Shown here one piece after another: positions 27,253 to 40,597 of a DNA stretch of 64,000 nt. Location: positions 35,030,001 to 35,094,000 of the forward strand of contig NC_043003.1 in assembly GCF_006345805.1 (NCBI RefSeq), written 5' to 3'. Made by a program: the position numbers and the translations under genes. How positions within the stretch are numbered: position 1 is the first letter of the stretch; every line of letters begins with the position of its first letter. Under the pieces are notes generated by a model, which saw only the letters and a list, made by a program, of their open reading frames with translations, did not search any database and was not told where the DNA came from. This DNA is from Octopus sinensis. Its lineage: Eukaryota.

Positions 27253-28112
27253 CTGTGGCAAAAGTAATATTGAAGTTTTGTTAGTTTTATGTCTGTGTGT
27301 ATGTGTCTGTGTTTTTTCCTTTCTTTTTTTACTTCACAGCTTATTTCTTTCCTATTTCTTAGCTGTTTTTTTTTTTTGGCTGATTCTGTGATGTTGTTTC
27401 TATTATTGTTGCGGTTGTTTGTGGTTGGTGATTATGTTCTTCCTGGTACTGGCCATCGAGATAGTTGTGGTATTATTGGTGGCCGTGGTATTCTTGGTTG
27501 CCATTGCAGTGGTTCGGGATGCTATAGAAGATGTGTATACATACATATACGCAACACAAATACACAACCACACAACACCACACACACAGATATATATATA
27601 TATATATATACATATATATACATATATATTATATGTGTATATATATATATATATAATATATATATATATATTATATATATATATATACATATAGATATAT
27701 ATATACATAAAACAACACTCACACACAAACACATATATACATATGTATATTATAGTCAACAATATATATATAGTTACTGCATTTATTACTTCAGGTATTT
27801 CGCAGAAAATGAGACACTTTGTGAGAAACAAGGCGGCGATGAATAAGAATCATGAGCGAAAAGTAGATGGTGATCATGAGACAGTGTGGAGAGAAAGTCA
27901 TGGATAGAGTGAGGTTGGAAAATAGAGAGAGAGAGAGGTGGGGGTAGAGAGAGATTTGTGTGTGTGGGAAATATAAAAGTAATTTGTAACATTCCGATTA
28001 AATAATTTTCTTTTTTTTTTTCATTCTGTGCGTACTTTCAATTCTACTACACATTTAACTAATAACTGTGTTAGACATATACACACATTCAGATACTGTC
28101 AACCATGCATAG

Positions 28113-28167
<55 letters not shown>

Positions 28168-28352
28168 CATACACACAAAAAAGAAGAACAACGACAACAA
28201 TAATTACAATTACTTGTCCGCACGTCATACTTTTGCATACTACAGTATCGTGTGCTTCTATTTGTAATCGTATATTTATATGCTTATATATAACTGAAAC
28301 TGAAAGCTACAAAGAACTTAAACACTTGCACACACAGACATATAAAGAGAAT

Positions 28353-28353
<1 letters not shown>

Positions 28354-28443
<90 letters not shown>
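28354..28443. repeat. (GA)n-(CAGA)n microsatellite
   Basis: Directly visible. Confidence 0.9.
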
Positions 28444-28445
<2 letters not shown>

Positions 28446-29093
28446 GAGTGTGTGTGAGAGAGAAAGGGAGTGAGAAGGAGAGAGTAAGAGAGCGTTAGAA
28501 TGAAAGAAGGCAGCGAAACAGAAGAACCGTTAATCAAGCATAGAAATGAGACAGACCGACCTACTGATTAACAGATAAATAATACACACATGTTCATACA
28601 AAGTCCTGTGTGTGTACATGTCTGATCTCTGCGTACGTGAACACACCCACAGACGCATGTATATATATATATATATATATACGCATTACATAAATGTATC
28701 GATATATAAAGATAGACGCAAATGGCAGAATTCCTACAGAATCATCAAACGTTAGGACAGGTGCCAGATGCGTAACCTTTCCAAGTCATATCTTCTATCT
28801 TTGGTGTTGACACTGTATCGTTTATGTTTTCCCACTAACCAAGAAACGAAACAATATTCTGAGAAAGATTATAAATGGCGTTTATCGCAGACTGATTATA
28901 GATTAAGTCTTAATCGCTGCGTAATCAATTCTTTGGGACGAAGGTCACATCTGTGTCAAACTGGCAAAGTCGGATTTCATTATCCGTTGATCTGCCCTTG
29001 ACGGCTCTGTATTTTCCTTCTTTTCCACATATTTTCTCGTTATCGCTCTTGATTTATTCATTCTGTACTTCTCTTTATCTGTTTTCGCTCGTT

Positions 29094-29190
<97 letters not shown>

Positions 29191-29645
29191 ATATCATCTC
29201 ATAAATACATTTCCTCTTTCCCTATTTAATATATCTCTATCTTAAGTGAGATATTAGTTGAAGACCTCAGGGATAATATGATGGATATTGAATTTTTCTA
29301 AGAGACACCACACCAATTAGATTTACCCATGAGCTGAAATAATTTCTACTGTCAGAATGAATAATTGAGGTCTAAACATTTGATCAGAACAGTGATATGC
29401 CGTCCTTCATTAAAACAAAAAAATTCAAACTAAAAAATATATCTTTGTCTGCGTTAAAGTTTCTTCAATATTACGGTTTTCTTTTGTTTCTGGAGTGATT
29501 ACGACGTATATATATATATGTTCCTGGAATACTTTGCTTCGATTGAATACCACCTCAGAACTCTTAAGTTGAACGCACAATGATATGTGAAATTTCTTCA
29601 ATGCAATTCCTAATTTACCCATTGAAACACTGACGAGGAAAAATC

Positions 29646-29657
29646 ATCCAACTCTAC

Positions 29658-29694
<37 letters not shown>

Positions 29695-29705
29695 TAGAGT
29701 TGGAT
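29646..29705. repeat. 60-nt quasi-palindrome centred on (TA)15
   Basis: ATCCAACTCTAC-G-AA-(TA)15-TT-G-GTAGAGTTGGAT. Confidence 0.95.
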
Positions 29706-30062
29706 ATATATATATATATAAATGTGTGTGTGTGTGTGTACAGATACACACTCACATATATATATATGTAGTATATATATATATGTATATCATATCATAT
29801 CATAACCTATATCATATCATATCATTTCATTTCATATCACATCATATCATATTATATCATATCATATCATAGTTGATAGCCAGTGAGAAGGAAGCGATGG
29901 GCAAACAACTGTAATGTAACTAAACCTATTTTTGATCTACCGATTTATTTATAACATTGAGGTGCTGAGAGACATTTGGTTACCCAAGTAATGCCATAAT
30001 TCTAATTTTATATGGCACATAGTACAAAAATTCACAGAAAACTGTAATTGAATAATATATAT

Positions 30063-30093
<31 letters not shown>

Positions 30094-30539
30094 GCAATCA
30101 TTACAATCTATCCATTCTATGAATCTGCACAAGAATAGTAAAGATTTAACAATACTATGGGTTTGAGAAGGCTGTGCACAACCAGTTGGTTTCGGATTCG
30201 CTGCTACTGCGCGCTCAGTCAGTGCCTGTATCTCTCGAAGTTGTCATTTCTTTATTTAAGGTGATGGTGTGAGATCTGAGAGAGAAATTTGTTAGATATG
30301 ACCAGTAGCTTGGTTGACTAATACATTGTGATGAACAGTCGCATTTGTGTGTGTGAGTGAGTGTTTTTGTTTGTGTGTGTGTGTGTGTGTGTCGGTGTGT
30401 GTGTGTGTGTGCGTATGTCGGTGTGTGTGTGTGTGTGTTTAGGTGTAAGCTCAACAAAAAGTAAATGCAGACAACAGAAATTAAAAATGCAGTAAATGCA
30501 CAAGTTACATTCACAGTTAATGTTGATAGACTAAAGTAA

Positions 30540-30748
30540 GGCGGCGAACTGCAAAATCGTGATGAACCGGTCAAGATTGTTAGCGGTATTTCGCCAGTCT
30601 TTATATCCTAGTTTTAAATACCACCGAGGCCGGCAGCGCCTTTCATTTTTCCAGGGTCCATGAAATCCGTATCAATTGAATACTGGTGTCAATTTTATCG
30701 ACTTACCCCTAACCCAAAATTGCTGGCCTTGTACCAAAATTTGAAACC
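30540..30748 (+). mobile_element. Degenerate SINE, family A
   Basis: GGCGGCGAACTGC head and TGCTGGCCTTGTACCAAAATTTGAAACC tail. Confidence 0.7.
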
Positions 30749-30764
30749 TAATGGAAAGGGCAAA

Positions 30765-30810
30765 ACTTATAACGTTTCGGACATAGTCCTTTACATCGCA
30801 GAAGAAGATC
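30765..30810 (-). ncRNA. Degenerate hammerhead-like motif (Penelope type)
   Basis: CTGCGATGTAAA GGAC-TAT-GTCC GAAAC GTT ATAAG: helix II and GAAACGTT intact, CUGANGA core corrupted. Confidence 0.4.
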
Positions 30811-33746
30811 CGTAAGAAGCAGTGAAAGGAAGGAACATAAGAAATAAAAAAGAAGCACGTAAAACGTATATAGATTAGGTTCACATGTTTGAGCTTGAGT
30901 GTGTGTACATATATACATATGTACATACATACCTATGTATATATATTTGTGCATATCTGTGTGTGTATATGTCTATATGTATAGGTATGTATATGCATGT
31001 ATACATATATATATGTATATATGTGTATGTGTTTGTGTGGATTGTATTCGTATATGTGTATGCATATATATATATATGTATATATGTCTGTGTTTGTGTA
31101 TATTTTTGTTTACTCCGAACGATGAAAGCAGCGCTGTTTATGTTGTACCCGTTCATGGTCTTGTAACTTGACATTTCAACTCACAAAATTTGATAAACCT
31201 GATAGCAGACTAAAAAGCTGAAATGTGTACAAGGCCAATATAATCGATTAAAACTTTCAAATCAGTCATCCAGTACGCCAGGATAACAATAACTGAGACC
31301 AATGAAAAATAAAGGAACATTTCATGAAGGTGTAAAGATGAACCATATTTATATAGTTCTCACTTAAATAGTCCATAATACTAATAATGTGCTATTATTA
31401 ATTTGATTTTGTTCAAATCATAATAGTTTCCGACCATTTGGGCTCCACAGATTGCCTACATATCGTCTTGCCGTTAAGAATTTGAAAGTATTTGTTTATG
31501 AAATTCCGTTGCTAAGTAATTTATTTCAAATTAGCTAAGCTCCTTCAACCTCACATTCAACCAGATTTCATTACATTTGAGCTATCTTCTTAATTGTCTT
31601 TTAAGATAATTAATAACATTATTCTTGCTCAGAAATGTCGTAATTCTAGCTATATTTTACTTCACCTCCTCTTCGTCACTATCACCATAAGGACAACCAC
31701 CATCAACGACGCAAATATAAAAGCACCATTATGAATAACAACATCATGTAAACCACCACAAAACCTTTCCACTACCAGCACTGCAGCCGCCTCCGCCATC
31801 CACGTCACCACCACCACCACCACCACCTCCATTACCGGTGTCATTTTCTTAATCTCCATAACATTTTGAGCAAGCACTTCTACGCATGATTTCTTTGCTA
31901 GTTTTGTATGTGATTCTCTCAATCTCTGCCTGTACCTCTGTCTCTCTTTCTCTCGTTGTGTGTGTATATGAGTGTGTGTGTGTGTGTGTGTGTGTATACG
32001 TATGCATATGTGTATTTATACATATTCAAGTCTGTGTATTTTTGTTTTCTTTTTGTTTTTACGTGTAAATTTATGACTTTCTTAGGGTAAATTAGCTAAT
32101 AAAAGACAATTCAAGTATTCGTATTGGCAAAGTGAATTAATAAAGTCAGATATTTCACATCAGGGACACGCATATTAATACTAATACAAATAAAGATTTT
32201 AATGCAGAAAATGATAATGCAGGTAGTGGAGATGATGAAGTGCAACAGAATTTGAGCAGTATTTCAAGGTAAATGAATTCGTTAATATATATTGATGCTT
32301 TTGCACTGGCGTAAATGTATTAGTTTTAATGCAATAACGCAGCGTTCTTACTTTAGTTGTATTGTAATAACTGCGAATGGTTTCCTGTAAGTTAGTGCGA
32401 TTTCTGAAATTGTTAAAATCACCACACTACTCCGCATACAGTCAGCCATTTTTGACGTTTCCATGGTTATATTTCAAATAGCTATATACATGAAACCATA
32501 TTCGATGTATTAAACATAATCAAGTGAAGGAATTTTATTGGTGATATAGTTATCTTTGTTATTATAACATGTGTGTATTTGTAAGTTTATAATGAAATGG
32601 AAGACAATTTTTAGATAGCTAGTGAATAACCGGTATTTGCTTTAGCTTGCTGCAAAATGTTCAAATTCGCGTTTCATTAATATATCACAGAATTAGATAA
32701 ACAGAATATGCAAGTGTCGTCGTCAGATTCAGTCTGACTTACACAATGAAAAGTTCTTCTCTCGGCAACGTGTATGTAAACGAAATTTATAATTGCCTGA
32801 ATTTCATTAAGTACTTATCAGGTACAAGCTCAGTCGATATTTATGAGATTTGAATTTGAGACATTGAAATATGACATGTAATATTGTAAATATTTACACT
32901 GGTACACTTGCACTGTGAGCATCATCGAAATACTTTACTCTCAATAGGAGAGACCATTTAACTGTACCAACATTACCTTTGGAAGTCAGAACAAACCTAT
33001 TCGCCTTGTGCAACTACAGTGGAATTGTCGATAATTTCCTATGCATACACAGTTGCTAATATTTCCTTCTACACAGCATGAAAATAGCTATCAAATTGGT
33101 ATAAATTTCAGTAGAATGCAACAGCTAAGAGAGAAATAAAGAGTGTTACAGCTTTCAACCCATAGTAACGGATATTCATGAACACATGAGCTAACCCGAG
33201 AATGGACGCTGGACCGAAACTTTCCGTTCGTTTTCAGCCTCCGTTTTGTTATTAGTTATTACTAATTACATTATTATAAATTGTCAACTATATCATTATG
33301 TAATTCAGGTCGTAAAAGTGTTGCATAACCACGGTGATTGAGCACATTTCTAACTGATGGAAATTAATGATTCATATATGAATAAATGAATGAATAATGT
33401 GACAATTACAGACATTTATTAAGTCATAAGCAATGGGTATCCGTCAGTTCTGACGATGAATATTCTGTTGTTCGGTCACATTGAATTAGCGTGTCAGTGT
33501 CTGAAAATCCTATTGGGGCGTTTACCCGTAACATAATTCTCATGTACAATCAGCCATGTGTAGTGGAATATGCGTAAACCTTTAAATTTGTGGTACAAAT
33601 ATTATGATTGGTTTTCGCAGATTCCATATACTCCAATTCACTCAAAGGCTTGGTCAAAACCGAGGCTATAGCAAATCACAGGTAACCTAAATGTCACAGA
33701 TTGATATTGAAACCAGGACTATATGATTGCTTCATGCACAGCAAGG

Positions 33747-34483
33747 TTAGAATAAATATATTTATTTCTTTATTGCCCACAGGCGGCTAAACATAGAAGG
33801 GACAAACAAGGGCAGGCAAAGGATTAAATCGATTACATCGACCCCAGTGCGTAATTGATACTTATTTAATCGACCCCGAAAGGATGAAAGGTAAAGTCGA
33901 CCTCGGTGGAATTTGAACTCAGAACGTAACGGCAGACGAAATACCTATTTCTTTATTACGCACAAGGGGCTAAACATAGAGGGGACAAACAAGGTCAGAC
34001 ATAGGTACGCATAGCTACGCATTTCCCCCAGCGTGCTAACGTTTCTGCCAGCTCGCCGCCCTTAGAATGAATATATTTATTTCTTTATTGCCCACAGGGG
34101 GCTAAACATAGAGAGAACAAACAATGACAGAGAAAGGGATTAAGTCGATTACCAGTGCGTATCTGGTACTTATTTAATCGACCCCGAAAGCATGAAAGGT
34201 AAAGTCGACCTCGGCGGAATTTGAACTCAGAACGTAACGGCTGATGAAATACCTATTTCTATTTCTTTACTACTCACAAGGGGCTAACCACATGAGGGAC
34301 AAACAAGGGCAGGCAAAGGGATTAAATCGATTACATCGACCCCAGTGCGTAATTGATACTTATTTAATCGACCCCGAAAGGATGAAAGGTAAAGAACGTA
34401 GCGGCAGACGAAATACTGCTGAGCATTTCGTCCGGGCTGCTGACGTTTCTGCCAGCTCGCCACCCTTAGAATGAATATATTTA
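33747..34483 (-). mobile_element. Tandem/nested array of family-A SINEs punctuated by a thrice-repeated 18-bp flank
   Basis: TTAGAAT(A/G)AATATATTTA at 33747, 34062 and 34466; SINE bodies restart after GAAATACC near 33943 and 34254. Confidence 0.85.
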
Positions 34484-34551
34484 CTACGTAGTTACTAGAT
34501 AAGTAAGATAGGAATGATTATTCTTTTTTGCTGTTTTACATATCAATAGAT

Positions 34552-34553
34552 AA

Positions 34554-34621
<68 letters not shown>

Positions 34622-34627
34622 GTCAAG

Positions 34628-34698
<71 letters not shown>

Positions 34699-34705
34699 CC
34701 TATCT
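34552..34705. repeat. (TATC)n microsatellite
   Basis: Directly visible. Confidence 0.95.
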
Positions 34706-36000
34706 GTTAACTATTGTCCCAAATTTATGGGTGTTGTGTGTATATGTGCATACACAGATAAATATTCGCACTCAAATACACACGCAAGGGTATATCTTGG
34801 TAAATTACATTTCATATTGCGCTCCAATAAACTTCGTTCTCAAAATTTCTCTGAGCTTTTTTTCTTTTTTGGTATTATTTGAATTATTATAAGAAGAAAC
34901 AACGTTCCTCTGCTGGAATTGTAGATAACGTTTATGACGAGGTGTGTTTGATATTGGACTTGCATATTTCTAATTTTCCATCATTATATTTTGTATGTAT
35001 GTATGTATGTACTTATGTATGCATGCATGCATGGACGGATGTTTTATCAATGTGCTAAATATTCTCTTCTACTTTCTTGAAATTCTATTTTCCCCTCTTC
35101 CTTTTTCACTCGCAATACAATATACGAGCATGTGTTTGGAAAGACTGCAAAAAACTTTATTTACATGGCTGTCTCTAAACTACTTGACAGAATCCATCCT
35201 TCAATATTCATCATCAATCACCTTTCCTTACTTTACGTGACTACTCCTCACAGCCAATGCACCTTTCAGTCTTGATATGCACACACTTCTGTTTTCTTTT
35301 TCTCTTAATACACGCCTTTCACTTCCTTTTCGCTATAAGATTTCAAATAACTTTCACAAACAGACGCATATTTTCTTTCTTGTACACACACAACTATACA
35401 CACAGTCCCATCAAGTCCTTCGTTTAAACCCTCCAAAATACGTGAAGCACGCACATCCTGTAGCTATAGGTAAACGAGTCAGGCAGGTTTAACCAGCTGT
35501 AACGAAGCATGCAATCGGCCTACGACGATGGATTGCATGTGGGAGAGAGATAAGTGGTCAGACTGCTGCATTTGTAAGCATGTGTGTATGTTTGATTATT
35601 GGTTGTGGTTGTGGTGGTAGTAATCGTCATGGTGATACTGGTGGTGGTGGTGGTAAGACTAGAGAATATTTGAGCATGTGTATTTCTGTGTTTTGTTTAC
35701 ACTGCTGTGTAGCCTAAGTTGTGTGTCTTTTTCATTGTGTTTGTTGCGATGTTATGGATATCGGTTGTTTCATGTGTGAATTTCCAAGTTAAACGATTCT
35801 AGAGATGCTTGTCCAGTGTGTACGTGTGTATGTGTGTGTTTGTATGCAAGTAATAGATTTGTAAGCAGGCCTAGAAATGATAGCTGAGGAGATGTATATT
35901 GGCCTATCGTGCGAATAATTTTACATGCACATTTCATTTTTAAGTATGTTTGTTGTTGAATAATTGAGATGTTGTTTCACATGTATTTATTCGTATAATT

Positions 36001-36051
<51 letters not shown>

Positions 36052-37157
36052 TGTGTGTGCGTGCGTGTCCGTATTTGAATTTAAAAAATAGATAATTATA
36101 TACTTAATGAAGAAATGCGTCAGTGTGCATTGGCTTATGTATGTGAGAACATTAATGTTATGATTGCTGTGTAGCAGCAAGTCGGTTCATTCAAGTACAC
36201 CTATGATCAAAGGTGTCCTAGCAGTGACCATTAAGTTCGATTTTCTCAAAAATATAGTGTATCTAAGACAATGTAATCTCATGTATCCATCAACATTTTG
36301 ATAAATTGAACGCAATTTGACTACCATTTCTAGCTGCTCGAGCTCATAGAGATAGTAGTCAAATCACATAAGCCACGTTAATAGGATATGTGTTAATATG
36401 TTCCATGAGAGCTATTGTTTGGTTATAACGTGGACAATCTATAGTATTTCTTGTACTCTTTAAAATCACCGCTAATTTTAGGTAGCAAGTCGATCATGCT
36501 TTCTGCGAGATTCAATATCCACAGCCCACACATATATAAATATATTGTTCCTTGTTAGGAAGAAACCGACATCGCATGAACATCAAAATAATTTAGAATA
36601 ATATCGAAACTTTACTGAGGAAATATACCATATGAAAACCTGTATAGATTCGGTGGAAAGAATATTGTACATAATTTAAACAAAATATAATACTCACACT
36701 ATAGTGACCAATGTGCAATTTCTGAAACAAGTTACAATGATAAACAAAACAGTTTTTCTCTTGAGAAAGAATATTACTTGCATAAATTTGATCAGTTGAA
36801 AATCAAAGAACAGAACAGAATGTAAATCGTTCATCTTTCTGTAAACCACGAATTCAATTAATTCAAAGGTTCGGATTTCTCGAAATGAAAACAATTCATA
36901 AATATTTTACAGTATAATCTAAATATAGACTCTACGTATACCCAAGGAGAAATTATATTGAAACGATTATTTGTATAATGTAGCAAATTAAGACCAATAT
37001 GAAGTTAAAAGAACTGAAATGGTTCTTATTGGTAAATGGTTCTTATTGGTTCTTATTGGTAAATGCAATATCATACGGGATACTATATGTGTTTTAGTTA
37101 CTTCTAGATACTTAAGTAAGTTATTCGAAATTCATTGCATTATTATAATGATAAGTA

Positions 37158-37443
37158 GGCGGCAAGCTGGCAAGATCATTAGCACGGGCAAAATGCATAG
37201 CGGCATTTCGTCCCTCTGCACTTTTTCAGTTCAAATTCCGCCGAGTTCGACTTTGCCGTTCATCCTTCGGGTTCGATAAAAATAGTAGCAGCTGAGCACT
37301 GGTCGATGTTATCGATTTACCTCCACCCCGAAACTGTTGGCCTTGTTCCAAAATTTAAAATCCTTACTTGAGCACTGGGGCCGATGTAATCGAATTTTTT
37401 CCCTCCATCGAACTTGCTAGCCTTGTGCCAAAATTTTGAAACC
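37158..37443 (+). mobile_element. SINE, family A, with duplicated 3' part
   Basis: Head, AGTTCAAATTCC B-box-like motif, and two successive GAGCACTGG..GATGT.ATCGA..GCCTTGT.CCAAAATTT segments. Confidence 0.75.
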
Positions 37444-37568
37444 ATTATTATAAGATATTTAGAGAATTTAGCACACTGATGAGATCCTAATATTGAATGG
37501 ATCCCCATTGTCTTTACGTTATTATTTGCAAAATTTACCTCTCTTACACTGTATAGGGTACGTGTGGA

Positions 37569-37948
37569 GGCGCAATGGCCCTGTGGTTAGGGCAGCGGAC
37601 TCGCGGTCGTAGAATCGCGGTTTCGATTCCCAGACCGGGCGTTGTGAGTGTTTATTGAGCGAAAACACCTAAAGCTCCACGAGGCTCCGGCAGGGATGGT
37701 GGTGATCCCTGCTGTAATCTTTCACCACAACTTTCTCTCACTCTTACTTCCTGTTTCTGTTGTACCTATATTTCAAAGGGCCGGCTTTGTCATTCTCTGT
37801 GTCACGCTGAATATCCCCGAGAACTACGTTAAGGGTGCACGTGTCTGTGGAGTGCTCAGCCACATACATGTTAATTTCACGAGCAGGCTGTTCCGTTGAT
37901 CGGATCAACCGGAACCCTCGTCGTCGTAACCGACGGAGTGCTTCCATC
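37569..37948 (+). mobile_element. Full-length tRNA-derived SINE, family C, with 17-bp target-site duplication
   Basis: A-box-like TGGCCCTGTGG and B-box-like GTTTCGATTCC; identical TATAGGGTACGTGTGGA at 37552-37568 and 37949-37965. Confidence 0.9.
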
Positions 37949-38603
37949 TATAGGGTACGTGTGGAATATGTAGAAAGTAGAATAAGAAGATGAATACAAT
38001 TGTGTTTACCATCTGGCTCAGTAGAACTTACTGTCTATAGCTCTACGGTCGCCAAACTAAGCATTAACAATGCACTAAGATTAAACTTTTCGATTACACT
38101 ATATAAATACTATGCTAAAGAGAGAAAACCAAATCTACTTATATACGGGAAGGCTCACAGACATATATAAAAACGTATATATTTATTTTATGTGTGTATG
38201 TGTTTGTGTGTGGTGGTGTTTGCCTATAGTTTCCTATCGTCAATGCTTGAATAATATCACAAAATGCGTCTGTGACATATTTCACATAGGGAGGCATCGT
38301 GCTTTGATGATCGCAACAATGCATATATTTGTAGTTGCTTTAGCGTGTGTATGTGCGAGTAGATGTGTGCATAGATGCCTTTGTAATTTTGTATGATGCT
38401 TTCAAGGCACAACAAAATTGCTCTTGCATAATACAAGCTATCTTTTTGGTGACATGACGTGGCGTCTCGTGAGCATTAAAAATATACCGGAAAATCAGAG
38501 AAAAGAACTTGGTAGGAGATGAAACATTGAGAATCAAGAGACAGTAAGGATAGAAAATGAGCTTGCAGGAAGAAAATAATAAATACTGATTATGTGTTTT
38601 CAC

Positions 38604-38605
<2 letters not shown>

Positions 38606-38696
<91 letters not shown>

Positions 38697-38697
38697 C

Positions 38698-38778
<81 letters not shown>
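38606..38778. repeat. (TATC)n microsatellite
   Basis: Directly visible. Confidence 0.95.
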
Positions 38779-38779
<1 letters not shown>

Positions 38780-38834
38780 TTATATACCCATGCATGTGTT
38801 TGTGTATGTGTGCGTGCGTGCGTACATATGTAGT

Positions 38835-38935
38835 TCAAATTTATAGAAACACTAAGACGACAATAGGTGTAGGAACCACTAGCAACGAGAAGAATGGAAA
38901 AGTCTTTTACGTTTCGAGACTACGCTCTTCGACAG
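38835..38935 (-). mobile_element. Penelope-like pLTR fragment with variant hammerhead
   Basis: CTGTCGA A GAGC-GTAG-TCTC GAAAC GTA AAAGAC at 38935-38902; same family as 43217-43254; the 5' strand of helix I is missing where a SINE abuts. Confidence 0.6.
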
Positions 38936-39138
38936 AGCAGGCAGAATCGTTAGCACGCCGGATGAAATACTTAGCGCTTTTCGTCTGCCGGATCGTTCTG
39001 AAATCAAATTCTGCCGAGGTCGACTTTGCTTTTCATCCTTTTGGAGTCGATAGATTAAGTACCAGTTGAACACTGGAGTGGATGTAATCGACTAGTCCCT
39101 CCCCCAAAATGGCTGCCCTTGTGGCAAAATTTGAAGCC
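38934..39138 (+). mobile_element. SINE, family A, running into an (ATT)n tail
   Basis: GCAGAATCGTTAGCACGCCGG, CCGAGGTCGACTTTGCTTTTCATCC and CTTGTGGCAAAATTTGAAGCC, then (ATT)n. Confidence 0.85.
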
Positions 39139-39140
39139 TT

Positions 39141-39152
39141 TATTATTATTAC

Positions 39153-39230
<78 letters not shown>

Positions 39231-39383
39231 GTTGTTTTAATTTAGTCACCCATTCCAGCGAACATCCTATACAGTAACTATGCAATGGGTCTCATAGTTT
39301 CCCATTTTTTTCACTTTTACGAATCATAGATTAAGTCATTATTATTGTTGTTGTTGTAGTGGTGGTGGTGGTGGTGGTGGTGG

Positions 39384-39414
<31 letters not shown>

Positions 39415-39514
39415 TTTATTGTTGATGTTTACTTGGGGATCTTCATCATCATCCAGCTTCTGTTTTATCTTCTTTAAACATTTTCTGCTGCATATCATCC
39501 TCCTGCTGCTGCTG

Positions 39515-39551
<37 letters not shown>

Positions 39552-40000
39552 GTCATTCACTTCGCCTATTACTTTCTGACGGGCTTTCGACTTTCATGGA
39601 GCATATTCTTTTTAATAATGCATGTGCAGCACCAGCAACAGCAACAGCAGCAGTTACAGCAACAACAAGGAACATTTCCATCACAAACAACAACAAGAAC
39701 AACAAGAAAACAATAACAACAATAATAATAATAACAATAATAATAATAATAATAATAATAATATCAATAATAATAATAATAATAATGATAATAATGATAA
39801 TAATAATAATGATAATAATAATGATAATGGTGATGATGACGACGACGACGACAAAAAGAAGAAGAAGAAGAAGAAGAAGAAGAAGAAGAAGAAGAAGAAG
39901 AAGAAGAAGAAGAAGAAGAAGAAGAAGAAGAAGAAGAAGAAGAAGAAGAAGAAGAAAAGCAACAAAAGGAGCTGCTTCAACAACAATAACGACTAGTACC
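39141..40000. repeat. Compound trinucleotide microsatellite field (ATT, GTG, CTG/CTA, CAG/CAA, AAT, GAT/GAC, AAG)
   Basis: Directly visible; source of the poly-V/L/I/R and poly-N/D/K ORFs. Confidence 0.95.
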
Positions 40001-40532
40001 GCAACACAATGACTTTTTCTTCCTCCTAAGATTCAGTAAATACACATTGGATTGGCTTTATATTGAGCAAGTTTCTACTCAATGTTCTCTAATTGACATT
40101 TTCCCTCCATAGATGATGTTCCATATTGGAAAGGGATGGCTCGGTTGGCTCCCCATTTTATTTTTTCCTTTCTTTTGCTTTTTCTCTCCTTTATGTGTTT
40201 AGAGATTCACTTCATATTTCCTTCATCATGGATGTATTATATCTAATTGCTGTGTACGAATTAGTATTAGGGTGGATGATGAGACAACGGTTTGAAATTT
40301 TAGTAGCAGTTATTCAACGATATAGGAGGCGAAAGGAATATATGTATTGTAGATGATATTTGAACATAGATAATAAACATCTTAAAGACAAAATCTTTTC
40401 ACAAAAAAAGACAAGGATGGGAGAAATATGTAACAAAAATGGATATTCTGGACAGTTGATAAATAACAGTATATTATCATTATTATTATTATTATAATTA
40501 TTATTATTATTAGTAGTAGTAGTAGTAGTAGT

Positions 40533-40597
<65 letters not shown>

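Noticed and set aside
37476-37503. CTGATGA plus GATCC/GGATC stem as a hammerhead (similar near-misses at about 44315, 29630, 6505 and 58950)
   Set aside because: No GAAA core or NUH site after helix II.
37569-37645. tRNA gene
   Set aside because: A/B boxes only; no full cloverleaf; continues into a SINE body bounded by TSDs.
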